This document shows positions 8,965 to 17,561 of a stretch of 46,788 bases of DNA, piece by piece. How positions within the stretch are numbered: the stretch's first letter is position 1; each line of letters starts with the position of its first letter. The notes beneath the pieces are model-generated. The model saw only the letters and a program-made list of their open reading frames with translations. It did not search any database and was not told the DNA's origin. The stretch is from positions 1-46,788 of the forward strand of contig CAMZGG010000002.1 in the NCBI GenBank assembly GCA_947306345.1. Direction: 5' to 3'. Position numbers and translations under genes: made by a program. The stretch is from an uncultured Bacillales bacterium. Lineage in GTDB: Bacteria > Bacillota_I > Bacilli_A > RFN20 > CAG-826.

Positions 8965-9414
8965 TTAAACCCCTTGTCTTGTCTGTTTCTCTTTATTGCG
9001 TTTTATCAGCTTGTATATTTCATAGCCGATTATTGCTAAATAAGCTGACCCACCAACGGCTAGAAACACAATTGATAGAACTGTATAAGCCGTTAACATC
9101 GCCGTGTTGGTGGTGCCATAAATTTCGATAACACCAATAAATATTGAACGTATCGTAAGCATACCTACACCGAAATTATAAACGCACGCAGTGACAAGTC
9201 CTGGCACTTTTTCCATAGGAATAAAGGCTAGGAGCAGATAAACAAATACACCTAATGTGCATGGGATAATCCACGCTAAATACATTGCGGGTGAAAAAAC
9301 ATTGTGACTGAAAATTTCATAGACAGCACCAAAAATACCGATGAAGATAGTGACACCGATATAGATATAAACGGTTCTTAAGGTACTAGTCTTGATCTTT
9401 TCCGATATAAACAA
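8965..9414 (-). CDS. polytopic (about 4 TM) membrane protein, unknown function, TTG start
   Basis: The start codon at 9414 is TTG, with GGAGG (complement of 9424-9428) 9 nt upstream. It overlaps the end of the upstream gene by 29 nt. Confidence 0.55.
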   Translation of the reverse strand: MFISEKIKTSTLRTVYIYIGVTIFIGIFGAVYEIFSHNVFSPAMYLAWIIPCTLGVFVYLLLAFIPMEKVPGLVTACVYNFGVGMLTIRSIFIGVIEIYGTTNTAMLTAYTVLSIVFLAVGGSAYLAIIGYEIYKLIKRNKEKQTRQGV

Positions 9415-10531
9415 TGTCGCTTACCTCCCTCTGTCCAATTGTGGTACCACCTTGACCTGGGCTATAACCGCCACTAAGGTCTTGGGTTGGTTTATTAACA
9501 AGGTGTGCTAATCCGTTAGCGTTGCCTGTACCATCGTCTAAATACATAGTTGCAGAGCCACCGCCATCAAGGTTATAGGCACATTGGCAGTGCAAATCTT
9601 TCATAATTTCACCTAATGTTCTTAAAGATAGGCCAGCGCTTTCGCTGCTTCTACCATCAGAAACCACAAACACGTAGTGTTTAGGCGCAATAATACCAAT
9701 CGCACATCTTTGATTACGATTACCTGACATAGCGGTGCCAACTTCTTCATTCGCTTCAACTGATACTTCACTGTCCTTAATTAAAGCGGGACCGAATGAG
9801 AAAACCTGCCATGGGTTTTGTGCAGTGACTTCTTCAAAAGAAGTATATCTTTCATCAATAATACCAAAGGTACCATCGCCACGGATGATTAAGTCTTCCG
9901 CTTTTGAAGTGGTGCCTCTCATACGATTAAGATTCTTAGTATCTCTTAAAGGAGTGCCGTTCCTTACAACGTAACCACCTTCTTGTTCACCATATGTATC
10001 GCCATCAATTGCTAAGATACCTTTTTTACGTTTGCAAATATCACTCGTTCTTTCTTTGATATGCATACCATATGTATCTTTCGCTAAAGCGGTTTTTAAA
10101 TTGATAAGAGACTTAAGTCTAATGTCTGCGACATAATATGTCGTTGTATCAGCTTCATCACGATGTGTGGTGATATCAATATAAATATCTGGATCAGAGT
10201 AGTGTTCTCTTTCCCTGAATACTTTTTCAGCAGTGAATAAGGCATCAATTTGCTCATCGGTTAGATTCTCATAGTATTCAGTGTTTGAAATATTGGAAGT
10301 TTGACTACTACTTGAAGAACTAGATGCAGAAGAATTGCTACTATCAGTGCTACTTGGCTTGCTACTAGAAGATGATTTTGATACAGGGTTATCATTAAAT
10401 GAGAAAGTGCTGTTATGGTCTAAATCAACCGATTTAGCGTTCTTAACGATAATGAAAGTATCGAGAAAAGAGTAGGTCGTAAAACTAGCGCCTACTAGTG
10501 TGAAGATGATTGGTATCACAATTTTCTTCAT
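9386..10531 (-). CDS. membrane-anchored phosphodiester glycosidase family protein (NAGPA/DUF2233-like) with a poly-Ser linker
   Basis: N-terminal TM anchor, Ser-rich low-complexity segment, then a C-terminal domain with ...AYNLDGGGSATMY.., typical of the family. ATGA overlap with the upstream GT2 gene. Confidence 0.65.
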   Translation of the reverse strand: MKKIVIPIIFTLVGASFTTYSFLDTFIIVKNAKSVDLDHNSTFSFNDNPVSKSSSSSKPSSTDSSNSSASSSSSSSQTSNISNTEYYENLTDEQIDALFTAEKVFREREHYSDPDIYIDITTHRDEADTTTYYVADIRLKSLINLKTALAKDTYGMHIKERTSDICKRKKGILAIDGDTYGEQEGGYVVRNGTPLRDTKNLNRMRGTTSKAEDLIIRGDGTFGIIDERYTSFEEVTAQNPWQVFSFGPALIKDSEVSVEANEEVGTAMSGNRNQRCAIGIIAPKHYVFVVSDGRSSESAGLSLRTLGEIMKDLHCQCAYNLDGGGSATMYLDDGTGNANGLAHLVNKPTQDLSGGYSPGQGGTTIGQREVSDIVYIGKDQD

Positions 10532-11571
10532 GCTTTCTTTCTCAACCTTCTAAAGACAAACAGTCTTTGTACGAGCCAACTGACTATAAACATTGTAACT
10601 TCAACGATAATTTTTGCAACAGGTTCAGGCATACCTGCCTTATCAACGAGTAGCCATAAGAAGAATGTACCACATCCAAGGATGAATATTGCTAAGATGA
10701 TATATTTAATCAGAGCTTTCCATAAAGTAGTTCTCTTCTTAAATACCAAATTGTAATTAATTGTAAAATTAACGGAGCCACTGATGATACGAGCAATAAT
10801 ATTACATGCAACATACCAGTACATCCAACCAGTTTGTATTAATAACAATAAGTTAAAGACAGCATAGTCCACTATAAAACCAGTAAGTGATGATAACGAG
10901 AACTTAATCACTTCGAAGAAAATCTTCAATGTATCTTTCCATGGGTCGTAGTGAGTGCCAGCGTTGTTATCTATATAAATGGTTTCAATCTTGACTTCGA
11001 TAACAGGAATATTACTTCTAACCGTATCCAAAAGGACATTCATTTCATATTCATAACGATCGCCTTTGATCTCAATCATTCTGTCTAATAAAGCATAGTC
11101 AAACGCTCTTAAGCCGGTTTGAGTGTCATAAATCTTATGGTGAGTGGACAACAAGAAAGAAGTTCTCGCCATAAAGTTGCCAAAACGACTCTTAAATGGT
11201 GCAGTCTTATCAAAGAAACGGCTACCTAAAACAAGCGTGCTTTCTTCGTGATCTTCACACTCATCACAAATTTTGACTGCATCACTTACTCGATGTTGTC
11301 CATCAGAGTCTAAAGTCACTATGACGCAATCATCAAAATTATCTTTAATAAATTTAAATCCATATTTTAAGGCATAGCCTTTACCGTGATTAGTTTCATA
11401 TGACAAGTAGTGGACCTCTTCAGGCAACCTAGAAAACACTCCATCATATTTTGAAGCGCTACCATCATTAACGACAACCACAGTAAAAGAATTTGCTAAA
11501 AGTGCATTAACAACAGACAACAAAGCATCATCTGGTTCATAAGATGGAACTAAGGCCACTCTAAGTTTCAT
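10528..11571 (-). CDS. family-2 glycosyltransferase fused to a GtrA-like 4-TM domain (polyprenyl-phosphate sugar synthase type)
   Basis: N-terminal GT-A features (VVVVNDGS, TLDSDGQH DxD). The C-terminal ~120 aa have four hydrophobic helices of GtrA type. Confidence 0.8.
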   Translation of the reverse strand: MKLRVALVPSYEPDDALLSVVNALLANSFTVVVVNDGSASKYDGVFSRLPEEVHYLSYETNHGKGYALKYGFKFIKDNFDDCVIVTLDSDGQHRVSDAVKICDECEDHEESTLVLGSRFFDKTAPFKSRFGNFMARTSFLLSTHHKIYDTQTGLRAFDYALLDRMIEIKGDRYEYEMNVLLDTVRSNIPVIEVKIETIYIDNNAGTHYDPWKDTLKIFFEVIKFSLSSLTGFIVDYAVFNLLLLIQTGWMYWYVACNIIARIISGSVNFTINYNLVFKKRTTLWKALIKYIILAIFILGCGTFFLWLLVDKAGMPEPVAKIIVEVTMFIVSWLVQRLFVFRRLRKKA

Positions 11572-11605
11572 GGTTTGATATTAGTATAATGACCTTAAAT
11601 ATAAC

Positions 11606-11634
11606 TAAAAAATAGCATTTATCGATGTAAATGC
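11606..11634 (-). terminator. terminator after the free-standing GtrA gene
   Basis: Minus-strand stem GCATTTA/TAAATGC with a 6-nt loop, followed by a T-rich run (TATTTTTT). Confidence 0.65.
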
Positions 11635-11661
11635 GATTATCATGCTAGTTTATTAGAAACC

Positions 11662-12180
11662 CTATTCCTGAGTTTGTTCAGGCTTACGACGATAGAGAAT
11701 ATATTTTCTTGTGAAATAGTTCCAGATTAAACCGACTAATGTCTTTAAGATAAAAGCCACTGTATAGAGCCAGAAAACAAGATCGCCCCAGAATTGGAAC
11801 TTCAAGATATAGTCGATAGTGCACATGTTGATATTAACACCAGGGTTCATAGAGAAGAGCCATCTACAACCTTCGTATGTAAGGAAACTTAAGCCATAGG
11901 CAATCGCACTGAAGATAACGAATAAAACTATGAATCTAGTGGATTTAGTAACAGCCTTATCTTGCTTGCCTCTAAAGACCCAATAAGTAGATAAAATGTA
12001 GTTTAAAATAACACCGACGATAAAACCGGCTAATAATGAGATAGCAGACCTTGCTATTTCATTTGGAATGCCAGCACAAATTCTTAAAAATAAAGAAGTT
12101 GTAAAGTAGTCTGCAGCAGCGCAGACAGCACCAGTAATAAGGAACTTAATGAGTTCCCATGTGTTTTCTTTTTTATTCAT
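11662..12180 (-). CDS. GtrA-family membrane protein
   Basis: 172 aa with 4 TM helices and the typical GtrA N-terminus (LIKFLITGAVCAAADY). Starts 3 nt after the mgtE stop. Confidence 0.75.
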   Translation of the reverse strand: MNKKENTWELIKFLITGAVCAAADYFTTSLFLRICAGIPNEIARSAISLLAGFIVGVILNYILSTYWVFRGKQDKAVTKSTRFIVLFVIFSAIAYGLSFLTYEGCRWLFSMNPGVNINMCTIDYILKFQFWGDLVFWLYTVAFILKTLVGLIWNYFTRKYILYRRKPEQTQE

Positions 12181-12183
12181 AAA

Positions 12184-13614
12184 TTAAAGACCTAACATAT
12201 GACTGAACACGAATGTCCAGAGAGTGAAATAAACTAATAAGGAAATAACATCAACGATTGTGGTGTTGAAAGGACCACAAACAACAGCAGGATCAAGTTT
12301 TAACTTCTTGGCTAAGAATGGGAACATACATGCCACTAATCTTGCCACTAACATTGTGGCGAATAGCGTACAAGCAACTAAAGAAGCAGTGACTAACATT
12401 GCTGTAATCTTGTTAACACCAAGAGCTTCAGCAGGTTTTGTGACATCAGCAACGCCAATGGCCATTTCGAGCATTAATAAACCAAAGGCAAAGATTGAAA
12501 TAATGCATGCAATACAAAGAGCAACTCTAAATTCTTTCCAAACAGCACGTTTGAAATCGCCTCTTCCGAATTCATCCAAAGAAATAGAACGGACGATAAG
12601 GGTGGTGGTTTGACCACCAGCGTTACCACCTGCATCAGTTAGTAATGGCACTAAAACAGGTAAGATAGCAAACACTTTCATAGCGTCTTGGAACTTAGAA
12701 AGAACTAAGGTTGAGAACACTTGTAAAATCATTAAAACAACAATCCAAGGTACACACTTCAAAACTAACTTATAGACTGGAGTCTTCAAGTATGGTTCAT
12801 CCATGTTAGAGATTTGGTTTAAGTGAGCGATATCTTCAGTCGCTTCTTCAACGATGATGTCGACGACGTCATCGATGGTGATGATACCAATGATCTTGTT
12901 TTCATTGTTTACAACCGCCATAGCGTTAAGGTCGTAACGTTTGAACATGTTCGCGACTTCTTCTTGGTCATCATTAACATTGCAGGTAACAAAGTCACGG
13001 TCCATGACATCACTTAAAACTTCATCGTCTTTAGCAAAAATCAAATCATCCAAGTTAATGGTGCCCATAAGGTTACGTTTAGAGTCTCTAACAAAGACTG
13101 TATAAACGGTTTCGGCGTCTTTACCACGTTGACGAATAATCTTTAAAGCTTCCTTAACTGTTAAGGTATCTTTCATATCAAGATACTCAGTGGTCATAAC
13201 TGAACCAGCAGTGTTGTCTTTGTAGTTTAAAAGGTTATTGACGTCTTTTCTTAAATCTGCAGGACATGCTTTGAGCACTCTTGCCACGACATTAGCAGGC
13301 ATTTCTTCCAATGTATCCGCGATATCGTCAGCAAAGGAGTTCTCTAATAAATCAATTAATTGCTTATCAGTGAAAGCATTAATGATCATCTCTTGCTGTT
13401 CAATGGTTAATTCAGTAAAGAAGTCACCGGTGTATTCGCTATTAACTGTTCTAAAGATATAAAGAAAAACGGCAGCGTCTTCAACTTCGTCTAATGCTTC
13501 CGCAATATCGATGTTTGGTGTTACTTCGAAGATTTCTTTTAATTCCTTAGCGTTGCGATTCTTAACCGCAGCAAGGATACGTTCAGTTAATAATTCTTCA
13601 ACGACTTCTTCCAT
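12184..13614 (-). CDS. mgtE: magnesium transporter MgtE
   Basis: MgtE N-domain, CBS pair and a C-terminal 5-TM domain with ...DAGGNAGGQ... Confidence 0.92.
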   Translation of the reverse strand: MEEVVEELLTERILAAVKNRNAKELKEIFEVTPNIDIAEALDEVEDAAVFLYIFRTVNSEYTGDFFTELTIEQQEMIINAFTDKQLIDLLENSFADDIADTLEEMPANVVARVLKACPADLRKDVNNLLNYKDNTAGSVMTTEYLDMKDTLTVKEALKIIRQRGKDAETVYTVFVRDSKRNLMGTINLDDLIFAKDDEVLSDVMDRDFVTCNVNDDQEEVANMFKRYDLNAMAVVNNENKIIGIITIDDVVDIIVEEATEDIAHLNQISNMDEPYLKTPVYKLVLKCVPWIVVLMILQVFSTLVLSKFQDAMKVFAILPVLVPLLTDAGGNAGGQTTTLIVRSISLDEFGRGDFKRAVWKEFRVALCIACIISIFAFGLLMLEMAIGVADVTKPAEALGVNKITAMLVTASLVACTLFATMLVARLVACMFPFLAKKLKLDPAVVCGPFNTTIVDVISLLVYFTLWTFVFSHMLGL

Positions 13615-13707
13615 TAATTTTTCCTCGCCTTAATTTTGCACACTAAAAAGATTATTGCAACAAAAAATAAATTTAATTTCATTTTTAATGAATAATAATA
13701 AGAAGTT

Positions 13708-13716
13708 TGATAGAAT
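13708..13716 (+). promoter_or_regulatory. extended -10 promoter (TGaTAGAAT) for pduL
   Basis: TG at 13708-13709 and TAGAAT at 13711-13716, 28 nt upstream of the ATG at 13744. An AGAAGG RBS follows. Confidence 0.5.
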
Positions 13717-13743
13717 ACTATTCGCAAGAAAGAAGGCAATTTC

Positions 13744-14316
13744 ATGAAAGAAATTTTAGTTGAAACAAGTGCTCGTCACATCCACGTGACAGAAGAACAA
13801 TTCAAAATATTATTCGGCGCTGATGCAAAGTTAGAAGTTAGAGCGCCATTATCTCAACCAGGTCAATTTGTCTCATTCTCTCGTTTAGACATCGTTGGTC
13901 CAAAGAAAACAATTGCTAATGTTTCCATCCTCGGACCTTTCAGAAAAGCTGGTCAAGTCGAAGTCAGTGCTACTGACGCTCGTACATTAGGTGTTCCAGC
14001 CGTCATTAGAGAATCTGGTGATTTAGCTGGTACCCCAGGTATCAAATTAGTTGGTCCTGCTGGTGAATTAGAATTAGCCGAAGGCTGTATTGTTGCTAAA
14101 CGTCATATTCATATGACACCTGCTGATGCCGCTGAATTCGGTGTTGAAAACGGTCAAATCGTTAAATTAGAAGTTAACTGCCCAGGTAGAAGTTTAGTCT
14201 TCGGTGATGTCGTCGTCCGTGTTAGAGATGACTTCGCATTAGCTTGTCACATCGATACCGATGAAAGCAACGCTGCTGGCTGCGCTGGTACAGTTTACGG
14301 TAAATTAATTAAGTAA
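13744..14316 (+). CDS. pduL: phosphate acyltransferase PduL (phosphate propanoyl/acetyl-transferase)
   Basis: Two PduL repeats with SARHIH and AKRHIHM motifs. Length of 190 aa is typical. Confidence 0.88.
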   Translation: MKEILVETSARHIHVTEEQFKILFGADAKLEVRAPLSQPGQFVSFSRLDIVGPKKTIANVSILGPFRKAGQVEVSATDARTLGVPAVIRESGDLAGTPGIKLVGPAGELELAEGCIVAKRHIHMTPADAAEFGVENGQIVKLEVNCPGRSLVFGDVVVRVRDDFALACHIDTDESNAAGCAGTVYGKLIK

Positions 14317-14318
14317 TT

Positions 14319-14573
14319 ATGGAAAAGATCACATTTAAACCAAACAATGTTTGTGCTAGAGAAATGATTATCGAACACGAAAACGGTGTTATCGTGCACG
14401 CAACCATCGTAGGTGGCTGCATGGGCAACACCCAAGGCGTGTGCCGTCTAATCGAGGGCATGAAGATTGAAGATGTGATTGCCAAACTTAAAGGCATCAA
14501 ATGCCGTGGTTCAAGAACAGGCGAAACATCTTGCCCAGATCAATTAGCCCTTGGTCTTGAAGCTAATAAATAA
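14319..14573 (+). CDS. TSCPD-domain small Cys-rich protein (TIGR03905-like)
   Basis: 84 aa with ..VHATIVGGCMGNTQGVCRLIEGM.. and ..TSCPDQLA.., the TSCPD signature. Confidence 0.75.
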   Translation: MEKITFKPNNVCAREMIIEHENGVIVHATIVGGCMGNTQGVCRLIEGMKIEDVIAKLKGIKCRGSRTGETSCPDQLALGLEANK

Positions 14574-14589
14574 TTTTTTATCGTTTCAT

Positions 14590-14617
14590 TTGCTATTTTT
14601 AATAAATAGCCTATAAT
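14590..14617 (+). promoter_or_regulatory. sigma-A type promoter of the metK leader
   Basis: TTGCTA (14590-14595), 16-nt spacer, TATAAT (14612-14617). Confidence 0.7.
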
Positions 14618-14624
14618 AATCGTG

Positions 14625-14726
14625 CTTATCAAGAATTGCGTAACAAGGAATGAAATAACGCAATAGCAACTCTCGGTAGAGTAAGTGCTCTTCCTTAGCA
14701 AGGTTCCCACAACCTTGAGCGATAAG
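14625..14726 (+). promoter_or_regulatory. SAM-I (S-box) type riboswitch with an unusually compact P2
   Basis: P1 is CTTATC...GATAAG. After P1 comes AAGA. P2 is TTGCGT/ACGCAA enclosing AAGGAATGAAA (K-turn-like). Junction is TAGCAAC. P3 is CTCTC-GGTA-GAG. Then AAGTGCTC followed by TTCCTT, which can pair with AAGGAA of the P2 loop as a pseudoknot. P4 is CAAGGTT/AACCTTG. Located directly upstream of metK. Confidence 0.75.
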
Positions 14727-14741
14727 TTGAAGGAAAAAAAC

Positions 14742-14772
14742 GCCCTTCCATGAATGTGGGAGGGCTTTGTTT
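14742..14772 (+). terminator. riboswitch expression-platform terminator
   Basis: 9-bp stem GCCCTTCCA/TGGGAGGGC with a 5-nt loop (TGAAT), followed by TTTGTTT, 19 nt before the metK ATG. Confidence 0.8.
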
Positions 14773-14790
14773 ATATAAAGGAGAATCATC

Positions 14791-15960
14791 ATGGCAAAAG
14801 AAAAGATCTTATTTACCTCAGAATCAGTCAGTGAAGGACACCCAGATAAAGTGTGCGATCAAATCGCAGACGCTATTTTGGATGCTTGTTTAAAAGAGGA
14901 TAAAAATGCCAGAGTGGCTTGCGAAGTCTTCGCCAGTAACAATTTCGTCTTAATTGGTGGTGAAATCACATGCAAAGTCCAACCAAATTATGTCCAAATC
15001 GTTAAAGATGTCTTAAAAGGTATTGGTTATGACCGTCCTGAATTAGGCACTGACTATCACACAGTTGAAGTAGAAGTGAAGGTTAAAGAGCAATCACATG
15101 ATATCTCCATTGGTGTCTCTCAACAAAAACCAGAAGATGTCGGCGCTGGTGACCAAGGTATTATGTTTGGTTACGCTACCGATGAAACAGAAGGCTATAT
15201 GCCATTAGCAATCTCCATTGCTCACAAGTTAGTGAGAGAAGCCACTAATCAAAGAAAAGCGGGTGTCTTTAAACACGCTCGTCCAGATATGAAGTCACAA
15301 GTGACTATCGACTACACAGATCCACATAACATTCGTATTGATACAGTCTTAATGTCCATTCAACACGATGACAATATCGACTTAGATGAATTCAAAAACT
15401 ATGTTGTTGAAAACATCATGAAGAAAGTCGCTAAATCATTTGGCTTAAACACAGACTTTAAAGTCTACTTTAACCCAACTGGTAAATTCGTTATCGGTGG
15501 TCCTACAGGTGATACAGGCGTAACCGGACGTAAAATTATTGTTGATACATATGGTGGCACATGCGAACACGGTGGTGGTGCCTTCTCTGGTAAAGACCCA
15601 ACCAAAGTCGATAGAAGTGCGGCCTATATGGCAAGATACATCGCTAAGAATCTCGTCGCGGCAGGCGTAGCTAGACGCTTACGTGTGCAACTTAGCTATG
15701 CTATCGGGGTTAACCAACCATTATCCATCAACGTTAGAACATATAAAACATCCCACTATAGTGATGATAAAATCCTCTCCACAGTGAGAGAAGTCTTTGA
15801 CTGCAGACCTGGTATGATTATCAAACAATTCAATCTTACCGACCCAACATTTAAGTATAGAGAACTCACAAATTATGGTCATTTTGGTAGACCAGATCTC
15901 GATTTACCTTGGGAAAAACTTGATAAAGTCGAAGAAATCAAAAAGCTTCTAAATAACTAA
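14791..15960 (+). CDS. metK: S-adenosylmethionine synthase
   Basis: Canonical motifs (ESVSEGHPDK, GAGDQG, GGGAFSGKD). AAAGGAGA RBS. Confidence 0.97.
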   Translation: MAKEKILFTSESVSEGHPDKVCDQIADAILDACLKEDKNARVACEVFASNNFVLIGGEITCKVQPNYVQIVKDVLKGIGYDRPELGTDYHTVEVEVKVKEQSHDISIGVSQQKPEDVGAGDQGIMFGYATDETEGYMPLAISIAHKLVREATNQRKAGVFKHARPDMKSQVTIDYTDPHNIRIDTVLMSIQHDDNIDLDEFKNYVVENIMKKVAKSFGLNTDFKVYFNPTGKFVIGGPTGDTGVTGRKIIVDTYGGTCEHGGGAFSGKDPTKVDRSAAYMARYIAKNLVAAGVARRLRVQLSYAIGVNQPLSINVRTYKTSHYSDDKILSTVREVFDCRPGMIIKQFNLTDPTFKYRELTNYGHFGRPDLDLPWEKLDKVEEIKKLLNN

Positions 15961-15987
15961 CCTTTTATTTATAAAGCCGAAAACCGG

Positions 15988-15996
15988 TGCTATAAT
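15988..15996 (+). promoter_or_regulatory. extended -10 promoter (TGcTATAAT) for hpf
   Basis: The sequence ccggTGcTATAATg lies about 50 nt upstream of the ATG at 16045. Confidence 0.55.
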
Positions 15997-16044
15997 GTAA
16001 ATGACTGAACTTCTGTTTCATAATTTGGAAGGAGGTTACAACAT

Positions 16045-16593
16045 ATGAAATACCAAATTATCGGCAAAAACATCCAAGTAACAGACGCCATTTCTTCCGC
16101 TATTAAGAAGAAACTCTCAAGAATGGATAAGTTTTTTCTTATTAATGACGAAATTGAATGCCGTGCTGTTGTCAGTGTGCATGGTGAAACCCAGAGAGTA
16201 GAGATTACAATCTTCTTACCTCAAATGCCACTCCGTGCGGAAGTCGAAGATGCAGATTTATATGCTGCCATCGACTTAGCCATCGACAAACTCGTTGGCC
16301 AAATGCGCAAAGTTAAAACAAGAATGGATCGCAGCGGCAGAGCCTCATTCGCTGAAGCAGTCCAATTCCAAGAACTTGAAGAAGAACAAGGCGACAAAGA
16401 AGAAGATGTCGTCGTTAGAGCAAAATCTTATTATTTACAATCAATGAAGATTGATGAAGCCATTCTTAGAATGGAAGCCTTAGGACATGATTTCTTCCTC
16501 TACCTCGATGAAGAAGATGATCGCATCAGTGTCGTTTATATCCGTCGTGATGGTGGATATGGCGTCATCCAAGCGGAGAATCCTATCGCCTAG
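16045..16593 (+). CDS. hpf: ribosome hibernation promoting factor (long HPF)
   Basis: 182 aa with an N-terminal S30AE/YfiA domain (GKNIQVTDAI..) and the C-terminal dimerisation domain of long HPFs. GGAAGGAGG RBS. Confidence 0.9.
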   Translation: MKYQIIGKNIQVTDAISSAIKKKLSRMDKFFLINDEIECRAVVSVHGETQRVEITIFLPQMPLRAEVEDADLYAAIDLAIDKLVGQMRKVKTRMDRSGRASFAEAVQFQELEEEQGDKEEDVVVRAKSYYLQSMKIDEAILRMEALGHDFFLYLDEEDDRISVVYIRRDGGYGVIQAENPIA

Positions 16594-16611
16594 TCTAACA
16601 AAAATCAAAAG

Positions 16612-16636
16612 AAGCGGACTTGCTCCGCTTTTTTTA
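16612..16636 (+). terminator. hpf terminator
   Basis: Stem AAGCGGA/TCCGCTT followed by TTTTTTT. Confidence 0.85.
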
Positions 16637-16673
16637 TGCTCGCGAGGCATATTGAAAAAAAGTGCAAAAATAT

Positions 16674-16701
16674 GTGACATTGTTTTTCACGCGTGTATAA
16701 T
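16674..16701 (+). promoter_or_regulatory. sigma-A type promoter for the Cof-type hydrolase operon
   Basis: GTGACA (16674-16679), 16-nt spacer, TGTATAAT (TATAAT at 16696-16701). Confidence 0.6.
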
Positions 16702-16709
16702 ATAGGAGC

Positions 16710-17561
16710 ATGGCAAAATTACTAGCTATTGATTTAGACGGAACATTGTTCTATCCAAAAAATATTAGAAGATGCATCTGCAAAAAGAACGTCAAGTTTT
16801 TGCGTAGATGGATTGATGCGGGTAATAAAGTCGTCTTAGTTACATCTAGATCCACTCAGTTCACAGAGAGATTAAAAGACGAAATCAAAAGACCTGTAGA
16901 TTTTATCACATGCTGTTCAAGCCAAATCATCGCTAACGATAAGATTATTTATAATAAAGCGATGCCAAATGCGGAGTTAAAGAATATCATTAACCGCATT
17001 GAAACAGTGTATGAACCAATCGCCTTATTAATGACTAGTGAAAACCATCCATGCATTATTAAGACCGGTCGTAAAGTCGCATTCTTCTATATCTGGTTCT
17101 ATAAAATCTGGTGGTGGTTTCAATTCTCATATCGTGAACCATTCATCGCTGATGATGATTTATTCAATAAAGAACTCGATGGATCAAAAATCTATAAGAT
17201 TATGACCTTCATTGGTCTTAAGAAGAAAAAAGCGCAGATCAGTAAGGAACTCAACAAGGAATTCCGTGAACAATTCCCTGAAATCGAATCTTCCTGGACT
17301 GCCCAAGTTAATGAGTTAACCCCTCAGGGTTGCAATAAAGGTAATGGTGTAGAAAGATATTGCCAGTTAACGGGCATTGACGCTAAAGACGTCTATGTCG
17401 TTGGTGATTCCGGAAATGACATCACTATGTTCAATAAATATTATGAGCATAGCTATTGTATGAAGCGTGGCCATCCAAGTGCGAGGAAATACGCTAAATA
17501 CATTATTTCCAGGGTCTACAAATTAGAAAATCTTATTTTGGAAGGAGAACAACATGAATAA
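16710..17561 (+). CDS. Cof-type HAD-IIB phosphatase
   Basis: AIDLDGTL motif I and VGDSGNDITMF motif IV, with a cap insertion in between. Confidence 0.85.
   Translation: MAKLLAIDLDGTLFYPKNIRRCICKKNVKFLRRWIDAGNKVVLVTSRSTQFTERLKDEIKRPVDFITCCSSQIIANDKIIYNKAMPNAELKNIINRIETVYEPIALLMTSENHPCIIKTGRKVAFFYIWFYKIWWWFQFSYREPFIADDDLFNKELDGSKIYKIMTFIGLKKKKAQISKELNKEFREQFPEIESSWTAQVNELTPQGCNKGNGVERYCQLTGIDAKDVYVVGDSGNDITMFNKYYEHSYCMKRGHPSARKYAKYIISRVYKLENLILEGEQHE

Noticed and set aside
13615-13743. Possible M-box (Mg2+) riboswitch upstream of mgtE
   Set aside because: Only about 130 nt are shared with the divergent pduL promoter. That is too short, and none of the conserved M-box helices is visible.
14586-14792. 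68-aa minus-strand ORF upstream of metK
   Set aside because: It lies entirely antisense to the SAM riboswitch, promoter and terminator of the metK leader, so the RNA element explains the region.
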